DNA of 63,764 nucleotides, filler included, from Paramecium tetraurelia (GCA_000165425.1; 8 parts of 6 records of this genome joined end to end with filler, not necessarily neighbours in it); one strand, 5' to 3'; shown: positions 1 through 12,575, numbered from the whole stretch's first letter. Notes: a model not told the origin generated them from the sequence alone. Translations and numbers: made by a program.

Positions 1-2411
1 TGAAGAGAAGGAAGTTCCACCCGAAGTTGAACCATTACCACCTGCCCCACCAGGAGAAGAAGGAAAGCCAGAGATTCCTGATGAAAAAGGCCCTGAAGAG
101 TAAGATGTTCCTCCTGAAGTTGAACCATAACCACCTGCTCCACCAGGGGAAGAACAAAAACCAGAAATCCCTGATGAAAAGGGTCCAGAGGAAAAACATG
201 AAGAAGGTGAACCTCCTGTTGAACCACCTGTTGAACCAAGTCCTGAAGAGAGTCCTGAAGAAGAAGGAGAGATCCCTGATGAACCACCTGTCAATCCAAA
301 TCATGAAGAATCACCTGAAGAATCAACAGAAGAATGGGTTGAAGAAATTGAAGAGGAATTTGAAGAATTTGAAAACCCACCTATTGTTGCTCCTCCTATT
401 GAACCACCCAGTGCTGTTGAAAAGGCTTGTTTGAATTCAGTAAACGAGATTGTTTATACATCATCTGTTGATGAAGCCACTCCATTAGTCAATAAATAAT
501 TGGAAGGTGACGATTTAAGTTGTTATGGATTTGGATTTTATGCTAGATGGCTTTAAGCTTATCCAACATTCTTGGTTCATGGAAGATAATCTGAAAGATA
601 TTTCGTTGCAAGAGTTTCTGAATCTGAACACACAACTGGTGAAGTTACTGATAGTGCCTTGAGCGTATATTTGACTAAAGAAGGTTTTGAATTCCAATCA
701 TACGACGTATATGGATTATCAACAACAGTAATTTCAGTTGGTGACATTGAAGGTAAATGGATTTATGTTTATTACTCATATTGCAATGAAAAAGCAGTTG
801 CATTTGTAAAAGATGGTGAATCTATATAATTGACCGAAGTTATTGTTATCCATTAAAGACCATCTCAATTGTATTTCTAATTGGCAGGTAAACAAGGGGA
901 TGTTCCATCATTCTAAGGTCAATTCAGATTAGTTTAAGCTAATGTTGGTTAAAATGTCTTCATTGGAACTTTAACAGAAGCTAATGATTTCGTATTTGCT
1001 TGCAATCAGTTACCTGAAGAGAAATGTGAAAGATAGATCTCAAATCTTCATGATTTCGAATTCCATGGTGCTGATTCCTAATTTGATGCATCAGCTGTCG
1101 TTGAGAATGCTGACCCAATTTATGCTTAAGAATACTCAGTTTCTGGTTGGTTCAAATGGAATCCAGTTCAAACTTCAGAATCCTGGTATTCAGCATTCAG
1201 ATTGACATTGAACAATCTTGCAACCAATCAAAATTCAAAAGAATTGGGAGATAGAGATTTGGCGTTATTTGTAGGAAGTGAAAAGAAGGATTCAGTCTTA
1301 GCTTTCACCACATATACTTACACAGACTTGTACGGCAATGGTAACCCAACTTATTGGTAAGCCATCCCATATGAAAAGGATTTGGTCCACTGGCATTATA
1401 TTTACTTTGGATACAGCAGACACATCTCCAAAGCTTATGGTTATGTTGAGTTCTTCACCAGAAAGGGAGAAGTACACTTTGAAAATGTCAAGCACTTTGA
1501 TGCTCCTCACAAATACTTGTATGTTGGACAAGATCAATTCTATAAGTCTTACAGTGGTAAAATCTTCAATCTACATTACAATCTTTGTGATGGTTCATAC
1601 AGAGAATTGAAATATGATGAACATTGGGGATACACTCCTAAACCAACTGATCCAGTCCCACCTCCTCCAGCCCCAGTTCCTGAAACCCCATCTGAACCTG
1701 CAAGTGAAGAAGAATTTGTTGAACCACCCCTCCCAACTATTCCATCTGAACCTGATGATGATGTTCCTTATGAACCTGAACCAGAAGATAAGCCACTCCC
1801 ACCTCCATCTGAAAGTGAAGAGGAAACTCCAATTGAACCACCTGTTGAACCTGAAGAAGAAACTCCAAGTCATGAGGAAGAACCAGAAATCCCAGATGAA
1901 CCTGTGCCTGATCCTGCTCATGAAGAAGATGTAGAAGTTCCAGAGGAACCACCTGTTCCATCAGAACCTGAAGAATCAGTTGAACCACCAGTTGAACCTC
2001 CTGTTGAACCACCTGTTGAACCTGAAGAAGAAGAGCCAACTCCATCAGAAGAGGAAGAGGAACCTTAACCACCTGCTCCAGTTCCTTAACCAAAGTATTT
2101 AAGTGTAAATATATTTCATTAGATGCCCACCAACCATTGAAGTTAATAAAGACAATGCTGCTGATATCCTATGTGAATTGTCACATTATTTGGGTGAATT
2201 TGCTTAAGGCCATGTTCCAGTTGCTGGACCAAGCACAAAGACTGTATGCTTCTGTATGACTTACAATGAAGGTTTGATTAGAATATTATCTTTAGATTAT
2301 GCTCCACCAACTTTATTGTAATTGGCATCTAGGATCCCAGGACATCTTTAAATGAATGAACCTAAAGTAGCAGTACCATTATTGAAGAAATTCATCAAGC
2401 AAAGATAATGA
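1..2411 (+). CDS. 5'-truncated large protein: Pro/Glu-rich linkers alternating with ConA/LamG-like beta-sandwich domains
   Basis: Frame 2 is open in code 6 from nt 2. Two globular blocks (~430-1000 SYGFGFYARW...DIEGKWIYVYYSY; ~1080-1620 EYSVSGWFKW...WHYIYFGYS) lie between EEPPVEPP-type tracts. Introns 2095-2122 (28 nt) and probably 2272-2295 (24 nt); TGA at 2409-2411. Confidence 0.85.
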
Positions 2412-2429
2412 ATATTTTTAATATTAAAA

Positions 2430-3119
2430 ATGGCTAATCAATTAGATACAATTTCATTTTCTACGTAATAAAGACTTCATTAATATACTCCTTCGATTGA
2501 TTCTCATAAATCCAATAAACAACACTAACATCCTTAGAATTTGGATGCCCATCAAATCAACAAAGAGATTCAATTCATTGCAGATTATGCATTGAAATTA
2601 ATTAAAACTACTTAGCCAACTTCTGATAAATATAAGTACATAATTAGAATTGCAGAAATCAGTATGAAAGCAAAAGAAGTGGATAACAATAAAAAATTAT
2701 TGGATGACATTGTTGAAGAATTATCTATTATTCTAGCTCATTCTTTGAAATCAAAAACTGTTCAAATATTGCTCACTAGATTAATTTAGTTGTATAAAAA
2801 AAAGCAAGTCTGTTTTATTAATAGTGAAAAAAATATCAAAAAATATGCACAATATTTTAATAATAAACCCAAAAATCCACACACAATAATCACCAATTAA
2901 ATTGATTCACCAAGATTAAATATTTAAATCTAAAAATCTTACTCTCCTACATCTTTGTATCAGAATTCCAAAATCACCTAAACCAGAGAACATAAATTTC
3001 AAATTTAACCTCCTCATTTAGAGGATCCATATAATTTAAACTCTGAGCATCTAAAAGCCTTATTAAGTCCATCCATGAAGTTCCAGAGACAAAGGAATTA
3101 TTATCTTTCCAAATATTGA
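2430..3119 (+). CDS. Hypothetical protein, 229 aa, single exon
   Basis: ATG at 2430 to TGA at 3117-3119, 690 nt in one code-6 frame (MANQLDTISF...NYYLSKY*). Confidence 0.75.
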
Positions 3120-3233
3120 TTATTAATTTTTCTAATGCAATACTGTTTATATAGTTTACAATTGTAATAAAAATAGTTATAATTTATAATAAACTTAAAT
3201 TATAGATAATAAATGTAATTATTTATTACTAAA

Positions 3234-5105
3234 TCAATTTTATGACAAATTAGCATTTCTAAACCTCTCTCTTATTTTGTTCTAATCTTAAGGATTAGTT
3301 ATCAATTTCAAATTATCGATATTATAATTGGATTCCCTTTGAGATTGAACCTATTTCTAACTGAAGGTCAAACAAGCACAATAGAGAATTATTGCAGTAA
3401 CTACTAAACCAGCAGAAACCCCTATGATAATGTAAGGAGCATCCTTTGGATAAACCTTCCAATAAGGTAATATCTCAATGCTTTCAACTTTAATACTCCC
3501 TGAAACTGTATATCCTGAATTAGCATTAGAAGTTGTTTGGCTATCCGTCTATAATAATCTTCTTAGCAACATTCTTCTTCTATTATCAGTACCAGAGTTA
3601 TCATCCATATCTCTTTCAACCAATTAGGCTGTGATCTATATTGTACAGTTCTATACTGCAAAGGGCACAGTAAATTTATAAATGATAGCAGTCATATTTT
3701 TTTCACTTTCAGCTTACGATTTTAAATTAATATATGTTCCATTACCAAGAGCAATTGAACTAACTAATTGAAATTTGAAATCAGCCCCAAAATCTATGTA
3801 TTTATTGTCAAGCATCACCAAAATGTAAAAGGGATCATTTAAATACAATACTTAAGGTTCAGTATAGAATGACCTACAAGTTGAACTCTCACATAATAGA
3901 ACTTTGCCTTCAACTTTTGTTGACGCTTCACCAAGATAGATTGAGGAGGTCAAAACTTAAAATTCTGCTTAATTAGATGATATCTCTCCTGTAACCAGAA
4001 TTTCACTATTATTGGTTTGATAAAAGAATTCTTAAGTCCATGTCATATTCACTAAATCCACTGTAGTATTTTTCAATTATAATAGGAATTCAAAAAGACA
4101 TGAATATCCTGGTTTTCCAGAAATTGGTAGAATCAACTAATATAGACAGCCGGCACTTGATAAAGAGCTTTATTATATTTTAAATCCATATTAATAAATA
4201 TCCAAGACTGGATTAGATCCATCTATATAGTTGCTGTTGATTTTATTCATTGTGAACTTCACCTAATGACATTCATTTATTTTAATATTCTTTAACACTA
4301 TACCATATAATGAATTTTATTCTGAGATCCAACCAACTGAGATTTTATTAGCTGTTATGCTGCCAGCATCGTAGTAACAATAGTCAGAGATGCAGGCTCC
4401 TCGATAGAGTCTTCCTTTTTCACACGATGTACATTCAGAATACGATAAGCAAGTACTGCAACCTTCAGAACAAGTTGATCTATCAAATACTGAAATGTTA
4501 GTCACCAAAAACTTCCCTGCAAAATCGGTTGCATCTGAGTAGGCTTCGAAGATTATTCTGAAAGGTTTTGTAGAATTAGGTCTAATGTGGACTCTAACCT
4601 TACTTATGAATATACAATATACTTTTGTCCATGTGTTCTCAGCAAGGCTGTTTATAGTAACAAATTATGCATATTTATTTGTTTGATTTACCCCAGAGGT
4701 TATCACACTTATGTCTTCTGCAGCAACCCAATAAAATTCATCTTCGTCATTTGTCCAACCTATAACTATTCCTGTATTAGGGCTTTTAGATGAAGGATGA
4801 CTAGAAGCATAATAAGCAAATTCCAAAGTGGCTACGTCTTCTTCGCTTGTGAAATTTAAACTAGACTGAATTGGTCTAGTAAAACAATCACCTCCAAAAG
4901 TAAGTTTAGTTATCACCATACAATTTTATGGTCTTCCAAAAGCAGTACATGGCACAATTAGACAATTATGGGTACTTTGTACATCCGATTCATTTTTTGA
5001 AGTAATAAATGTTGATATGTGTTCATTGAAATTGAAGAATGTTGGGGTTTATAAATATTATCCTAGTACTACCTCAAATCCCAAGAGAATAATTTAGAGC
5101 AGCAT
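3234..5105 (-). CDS. Type I membrane/surface protein (~623 aa): signal peptide, MAM-like beta domain, furin-like Cys repeat, ZP-like region, polybasic site, TM
   Basis: ATG 5105 (MLLQIILLGFEVVLG) to TGA 3234, 1872 nt in frame. Contains CSEGCSTCLSYSECTSC, RRRMLLRRLL (~3552-3581) and TM YIIIGVSAGLVVTAIILYCACL. Confidence 0.8.
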
Positions 5106-6203
5106 TAAATTAAATATATAATTATGAATCCAATAGGGTGATAATCCAACAATTAGAAAAAAATTCCAAATATTCTATTTGAATTATCTAATTGATTTTC
5201 TATTGTCATGGAACTATATCTATCTAAAATGGGTTTATAATTTTTAATTTTACAAAGAAACCCAAATTTTATTGGATTTCCTAATACAATCAACTAGAAC
5301 TGTAATATCTTTTATAAATTAGCATTTCCAAACTCTACTATTTATTCTTATTTCTTTCTATCTCACTCTGTTCATCTCATCTTAAATCTTAATTAGTAAT
5401 TTATTGATTAACTTCTAACACTATATAATTCGCCATTATATTGCTCAATTATCAAAATTTAAGAAAAAATTTTAATTGCTGGAAGATCTTATAATAATGA
5501 ATGCGCTTTAGAGTTATTGGTGTATTTATATATCCATTATTTGAGTATTCTTAGATGATAAATAATTGAATCACTAATTAAAAGATTCCTTATAAGAATT
5601 TAGTTGTTTCTCCTATTTCTTTATTTAACAAAAAAAAGCAGTATAAGATATGATTAATAAACTTATGATTTGGATATATTATAAATATTTATAGCAATAT
5701 GATTTTAATAGTATTGTATTTTCAATTTTTATTATAATTTTATATCAATTTTAAATGAAAATTTTAATTCTATTTTATTAATTTATAATTCATATATCCA
5801 AATCTCTTATTCTTAAAATATTAATATCAATAAATCAAACTTTTAATAAAATCCTAACTATGATCATTTGTTAAAAATAACCTTCGGCAATTCCAAAATT
5901 AGTATTATTTTATAGAAGAAACCCCACTCAATAAGTTGTAAAAAATATCCATATATATTTAAACTATATTTTTCAAGTATCTACATTCTTGGTAATATAT
6001 AAAATAGTACAGATTCTTGGATCATATAGCAGTAGACTAAAAATGAAATCTCATGGCTTAGTTGACATAATTAATAAAAATATTATAGTTTTGTTAACTA
6101 ATGTTGATCTATCGTTGTTTAAATCTTAAGGATAATAATAAGAATTTTTTATAAAACCTATAATAATCTAGTATATATTTATTAAACTCCATAAATAAAA
6201 TTA

Positions 6204-6839
6204 ATGTTAACCAAAGTATTTTCACCTAAACAATTTATGTTAGTCTCAGAAACTAAATTATACTAATAAAAATGTTAGATCAATCAATTTACTTTCAAAC
6301 ATCATTTATCCATACATTGCAATTAAAAAACATGTTTAAATTATAATAGCAGATATCAATTTTGGAAGTTTTCTTCAAACTAAAATATTTAATCCACTTA
6401 ACAATCTAATTAAGAATTGCAGAATGTATCAAAATCTGATACCAAACTATCAAAAATTTCAATTTTCAATATTTTTAATAAAAGCTAAAGCATTATTGAA
6501 GAAAAATAGAAAAACATAAAAAGTAAAAATTATTTAGAGCAAATGAAGAATTCTTAATTAAATTTTTTGTTTCAAGAATAAGTCTCTAAATTAAAGGATG
6601 TTGGGAAAGCCTCCTACAAATATTTTTTAATAGGAATATTTGTTTTAGGTTTTGCATATTCAATACCAAAATCAATCTCAACCTTTCTGGCCACAAAAAT
6701 GGCAATTTCAACTCAATTATCAATAGAAAACCTCAAAAAAGAGAATGAAATGCTAAAAAGCAAATTGGAACTTGTAAAAAATAAAATAGAAGCAGAAAGC
6801 ACAAAAGTTAATGATTTGAGATAGAAAAATATATAATGA
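6204..6839 (+). CDS. Hypothetical 211 aa protein: presequence-like N-terminus, one TM, C-terminal coiled coil (possibly mitochondrial)
   Basis: Open code-6 frame MLTKVFSPKQF...YQFWKFSS...YKYFLIGIFVLGFAYSIP...IENLKKENEMLKSKLELVK, TGA at 6837-6839. Confidence 0.65.
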
Positions 6840-6875
6840 ACCTTTTTTATAATATTTAATGTTTTATTTTTAATC

Positions 6876-8975
6876 TCATTGTTGTTAGTAATTTAAAGAT
6901 CTAACCTATCCTCTATTTATTCTAATTTCTTCATCTCTCATATCCACCATCATTGAAACTACTTTAAATTGATAATTCTTCAGATCCTAGTTTGCGTCCT
7001 TATTAATCCTCTCGACCTCTTCATCCACATTAATTTCAAGACCTTCAGCAGTATGAACTGCATGCAAGTTTCCAACGATATTTTAGCTCATTGAAATAAG
7101 TTATTACTACATTCCCATTACAATCCTTGGTTGAAATGCTTCTTAATACTCTTAATCTGTTAATAAATCTATAAACCCTACATTAAACCTTCCCTCATTG
7201 ATAATTGTTCTATCTATTCCGCTATCTGTTTCAGAATTCTACTATTTTTGATAGACAAGAATGAACTTCCCTTCCTCAAAGTTATATTTAAATTTTTCAG
7301 GAAACACATTATCCTTCCGTAATTATTATAAAGCTTCTCCAAGGGCTTCATGATAAAAAACACTGGTTGTAAATTTTTTCACAGGATTTATACTACAATA
7401 CTCTTAACATCGACATAGCTGAAGTCCATCTGCAGGAATTTGGAATTAACACTCAACCAATTTTTCATAAAATGATTCAAAATCTATATAAGAATTCTTT
7501 TTGCAGTTCTTGATTATTAATGGGTACTAAAGTCTTCTATTTGGATTTACAGTACATTTCAATGAGCTAAATTTAACTTCTTTTATAAATTCACCATTGC
7601 TATCTTTTTTCTATTTTAAAATTTAGGTATAGCTCTTTTTACTAAACTTTTATTTGGATAAAAATTCCTACAACATATATTGTTTTCCATCATAATCAAA
7701 TAATTTATTATCATTAATGCTAGAGTCTTTAAACATTCTAGAAATTATATTTTAATCAAAGTAAATCAGGCTATTCAACTATCCTGTGCTAGTCTGAAGA
7801 ATATTCTTGCAAATTGGACATTATATTGAAGTAGAGCGATTTTAAGTTTTTTTTTCTTTGAAAAAATAAGCTACATAAGATCTAATGTCTGCACATCGGT
7901 TAAAATCGGGGCATTTAATGCATCTTACAGGAAATTCTACTTATTTTAAATTAAGTGGATCGCACAAATTAATTTTTCTTACTTAATACTTCTATTGATT
8001 TAATTTGTTTTAAATTTATTCACTCAGATTTAATTAAATAATCGATTGTATTTATATCATTATTGATTTGTAAGTTGCATCATCAAAATTTTTGGATATA
8101 TCTTAAATGTATAGATCCTTATTTTAGAAATCTTTTTTAAATTCGTTCTTTTTAAGGTCATATTGAAATTTAAATTAAATCGATGGAGCAGAGTTTAAAA
8201 TTTCTAATAACTCTTAATCTATAAATAGCCTATCTAACATATGAGGTAAAGTAGATATGTCTATTTTATTTTCACAACCAGGGTAATAGCAATGAAAAAT
8301 AATACTTTAATCGTTAATATTCCTAACCATTTCCACGTCTTGTCTATTTTGTTCACAGTTCTTCTAATACCATAGAAGACTAGTTAATTCGTAACATGCA
8401 GGATGTTGACAATTTATTATTCTTGTAGGAATAGTGATTTTAATCTTGTCTAATAAGCAATAAGCCCAGAAATCATAGTAAGATCCTGAAAATCCTAAAT
8501 TTTTAATCAAAGTTGAAATTGAATTCATGTTATGATATTTATTATAAAGTTCTCTGATAAAATGCTTGTGTTCATTATTTTGTTAGGTATTACAAATTGT
8601 ATCCGTATAGATTTTCTTTCTTTAATATTTGTGTGTCCATATTCCTTCAATGACTTAAACAATTTAAGTGAATGAATGAAATTTTTCTCGTACAAATCCT
8701 CTGATGTCTTTTCTTAGATCTTATTTTGTGTATGCTTTCTTTCCACAGCTGCATTAGGCAAATCCACGTGTGTTTATTTATTATATTGCATCTGAAAAAT
8801 TTAATAGGTCATGACATTAAACATGAACACAATCTTTTGTTATTGTCTATTCAAATTAAATATATCATACAGGTTATTAAACAAGATCAACGCCACTCTT
8901 CATCAATTCTACACTATCAAAATAAATATTTGATAAGTTAGCGTTTGGTATGATTTCGTATTGAATTTAGTCCAT
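6876..8975 (-). CDS. Protein (~691 aa) with four tandem MIZ/SP-RING-like zinc-finger domains (putative SUMO E3 ligase-like)
   Basis: ATG 8975, one 24-nt intron 8847-8870, TGA 6876. Best domain: AYCLLDKIKITIPTRIINCQHPACYELTSLLWY...FHCYYPGCENKI...LFIDQELLEIL. Three more related blocks are present. Confidence 0.75.
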
Positions 8976-9256
8976 TATTCTGTTAATAAAAATATAAATA
9001 AATGCTTGATTTTGAGATGAGCCTTTTAAATACAGAAATAATTCTACTTATTTATTAATGACTTATGACCTATGTACTATTTCTTTTCTTAGATATTATT
9101 TAATATATTCAAATGTTTATTTTCAATTATTCTTTTACTCATAAGGAATAATTTAAATCAGAGAAAAATATTTATATAATAGTATGTTAATGAAATATGA
9201 ATCCTTATGAAAATGTTTTGTTAATTGAATTTAACAATAGTAATAAAAATTCAAAC

Positions 9257-10279
9257 TCAGGTTATGAAGATTTCAACAAATTCTTCTATTTTCTATTTAC
9301 AAATTGGACATTTTGATATATTTAATACTTACTTACAACTTTAGCATAATACCATATGTTTGCATGGTAAATTTATAATGTTTTTAGGTTATTGAAAACA
9401 ATTTTAACATTCAAAATTATTAATTACAATATGTTTAAGTCCTCTTAGTTTCTATAATTTATATATTTATCTATAACTAACTAATTTTTAAATCACTGTC
9501 TTTGAATTCTTCGTAAACCAATAAAATAGAAACAATATTGCCATTAATAGAATAATAATTTAAAAATTCTTGAATCTTATTTATGTTTCAATGAATCTAA
9601 GTAACTATCTTTTGTCTCTTAAAATGTGTTTTGGATTTTACAAAAATAGTTTATTTAAATATTTATCAAGAAATATTTCTCCATAAATAACATAGGAATC
9701 TCCTGCCAATATACCATATTCTCTTTCTAATTGTCCTATTGAAAACCCTCTAAAAGGCATCTTTTCTGACCTAGTCTAATTCACTGTTCTAAGAATGAAA
9801 TTTGTAATTCTTTGGAAAATCGATAGTTGTTTTGGATAAAAGATATCTTATATATGAGTTAGAGAAGCATGGCAATTAAAATTTGTGCTTCTCAAAATAT
9901 CAACTTAAAATTTAGAATCAGCAATGCTTATCTGAGTGACACCTTTGGAAGTAATTTTCTTTAACTTTTTTCTATTACAATTACAATTTCATTACATATT
10001 GTTATTGTATAGATCATAAATTCTTTTTTGGCTCCAAATTAACGGAAATTTAGAGGCTAAAGGCTTTTGAGAAATTAATTCCCCAGAAACAAATACCTTG
10101 ATATTTGTTTTTTTTTCTTAATTCAAATGATTGATTAATTATGTTGGAGTGAATTATTTAACTAATTGATATGATTTATATTTGTCTTTGAGCATATTAA
10201 GAGAGTGGAGAACTTTTGATAATGTTGCACTTAATCCCAAAATTCCAGAGAGTGATAATAATGTCATATATTCCTCCAT
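9257..10279 (-). CDS. MUL1/SP1-like E3 ligase: N-terminal TM, GIDE-like domain, TM, C-terminal C3HC4 RING
   Basis: ATG 10279, 24-nt intron 9972-9995, TGA 9257. Ends CQNCFQQPKNIINLPCKHMVLCQSCKQVLNISKCPICKQKIEEFVEIFIT*, with hydrophobic segments on both sides of the central domain. Confidence 0.8.
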
Positions 10280-11029
10280 TAGTTAATTTATTAATAAAAT
10301 AATAATCAAGAATTAATTGAACCATTTAGAAAGCTTATGTCTAATGATTGTTGAGCAAATTTCTGGTTATCTGGCTGAATTGATTATAATATTTGTTTCA
10401 TTAATATTTTTTTAACTTGTCAAACAGGATATGGATGAGTATTTTCAATAATTTTATTGCTTTCAGAATGTAATTGAGACAATTAATAACTGAGAATCAT
10501 TTGTATTTTATGCTCCAATATACTATTTATTTTTTAGTAAATATTTTTACGATTATGAATCATAGGTTAGGCAATAAAATGAAGAGTATTTTTATAGATA
10601 TCAAAAGTATATAGATCAGTCTTACAGTTCTATATAGAGTTTCTTTTTTTTTTTTTATTGAAGTTGTTTACAATTTGACAAGAGCTTACTATTCTATTAA
10701 TAAAGTTCTCAAATCAACATCTTCAAAATTATTTAATCAGTTTGAAGATCAAAAAAAGTCAACTTAGAATAACCAAGACTTAGATTATTTTCTATTCATT
10801 TCTAGTAGCATAATTATCAGAGAAAAATTATAAATTAACTTATGAAACATGACTATTTTAAATATCTCTCCTCTTTTAACGAAAGCCTATTAACCCAACT
10901 AGACACTGCATTGTTTATACATTGACTTCTAGGTGTTAAAGCAAGTATAAATCAGAGAGATTTAAAAATTTTCTAAATGCATATTCTAATATATTTATAT
11001 TCTGATTATACTAATAATTTAATTCATAA

Positions 11030-11243
11030 TCAAAATTAACTCCAACTTAGATCTTTTGGGTTGTGGTCTATATAAATGTGAAGATTTAATAATACATTCT
11101 ACTTTTTTCCACTCTTTATGAACATCATTATCACCAGATAATTGAATAAAATAGTCTCTTCCATCTTATTGGTTTGGATTACTACCTCTTTTTAAGGTCC
11201 TTTAAACATGAAACATACTGTTGGGTGGCATTCGAGTATTCAT
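11030..11243 (-). CDS. Small hypothetical protein (61 aa)
   Basis: MNTRMPPNSMFHVQRTLKRG...KDLSWSQF* after removing the 28-nt GT..TAG intron 11068-11095. Confidence 0.5.
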
Positions 11244-11354
11244 TTAAAATAAAAATTAATGAATTAAGTTATAAATCATCAACTTATAAACTAATTAATG
11301 TATTTAATAATAATTCCTAATATAAATGCTAAATCAAAAGCGAAGGTATTTAAA

Positions 11355-12029
11355 ATGATACCTAAGAAGAGTTTAGAGCTTAAATAGGAAACAAGTTTTT
11401 ATAAAAATTTTAATAAACTAAAATTTTATCCTTAAATTTAGAAACTGTTAAAATCCTAAAAAGTATTAGGTAAATTTACTACTTGGTTTAATCTATAGAT
11501 TTAGATTTTAGAGGGAGAATAAATAGATATTAATATTACTAATTTGCAAACTTTAGTAGGTGAAATTTAGTTTATTTGCATCAATCGAAAATTATTTCTC
11601 TTTGAAGGAAAAATGCAATCGCTGTTTAAAATCTTTTTGGAATAAGCTTAATAGTTCTTATAAGTTGAGACAAATAAAATAATTAAATAAATTAGTTGAA
11701 ATCATCTAGGATGGGAAGATGAAAAAAGATGATAGGATGTATTCTACACTAAAACAAAGATGTAAAAGCAAAAACCAATGAGGGTGATCAAATTATTAAA
11801 AATTTCGAGTTGATATAATTTCAAGACATCTTTAATTGTTAATGAAATTCTATCCTTAAATTTGTTTAATGAAATGCTATCGATATTAGATCAAAAAGTG
11901 TTCCATTTTAGCACATTGGATATTATATATATCAATTAAGTTGAGAATGAGAATGAGGATTAGAATTTTTCTATTTTAAGATTGTTAGTTTAAGCCATTA
12001 ATGAAATCAAAATTATTGGTATATATTGA
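11355..12029 (+). pseudogene. Gene-like ORF with internal TGA stops (pseudogene or unresolved introns)
   Basis: ATG 11355 is open to TGA 11697. Coding-like sequence resumes and ends at TGA 12027; no clean splice solution found. Confidence 0.3.
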
Positions 12030-12068
12030 AAATGAATATTATAAAACATCGGCTTTATTACTATAGAT

Positions 12069-12575
12069 TCACTCTTAAGTTTTTGATTTTTAATTCCTTA
12101 ATTTTTTATGTTAATTTTTTTCTCTTTTTAGCAAATCATACATTTATAATTTAGTGGAATGATAAATTTCAACTTAATGGTCTCCCAGTTAACTAATAAG
12201 TATTTAAAATTCTTACTCTTTAATATTTTTTCCCACCCATTTTATTGGACATTTTTGAACCATGATTATTTTGTTTTATAATTCAATCAATAATCTTTAT
12301 AAAAGGATGTGCTCAGAAGATAAATTTTTCTCCTTTTCTAACAATATCTAGATTTCAGCTTTTAAATCATTTAGTATCTTCAAACTAATATGCTTATTGA
12401 CTAACTTTTCTATTTTTTAACTTACTTCAAGAACCCTGAAAAGGACCTTTTATTTATAAGAACCTTAAATAGCATTATTAAGTTATCGATAAGTTATTAA
12501 AATGATTTATTAAAGATTTTCATTATTAGAAAACACAATTTGACCAACTTGTTTAGGCGAATAAACTCCCTTCAT
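12069..12575 (-). CDS. Hypothetical protein (~160-168 aa)
   Basis: ATG 12575 (MKGVYSPKQVGQIVF) to TGA 12069, 507 nt in frame; possible in-frame 24-nt intron 12193-12216. Confidence 0.55.

Noticed and set aside
27..2093. Overlapping ORFs in the supplied track (Leu/Lys-rich, Phe/Arg/Trp-rich)
   Set aside because: Shadow frames of the low-complexity Pro/Glu coding sequence.
4583..4604. GTAAG...TTAG 22-nt intron candidate in the membrane-protein gene
   Set aside because: The frame is open and continuous without splicing; removing it would break the frame.
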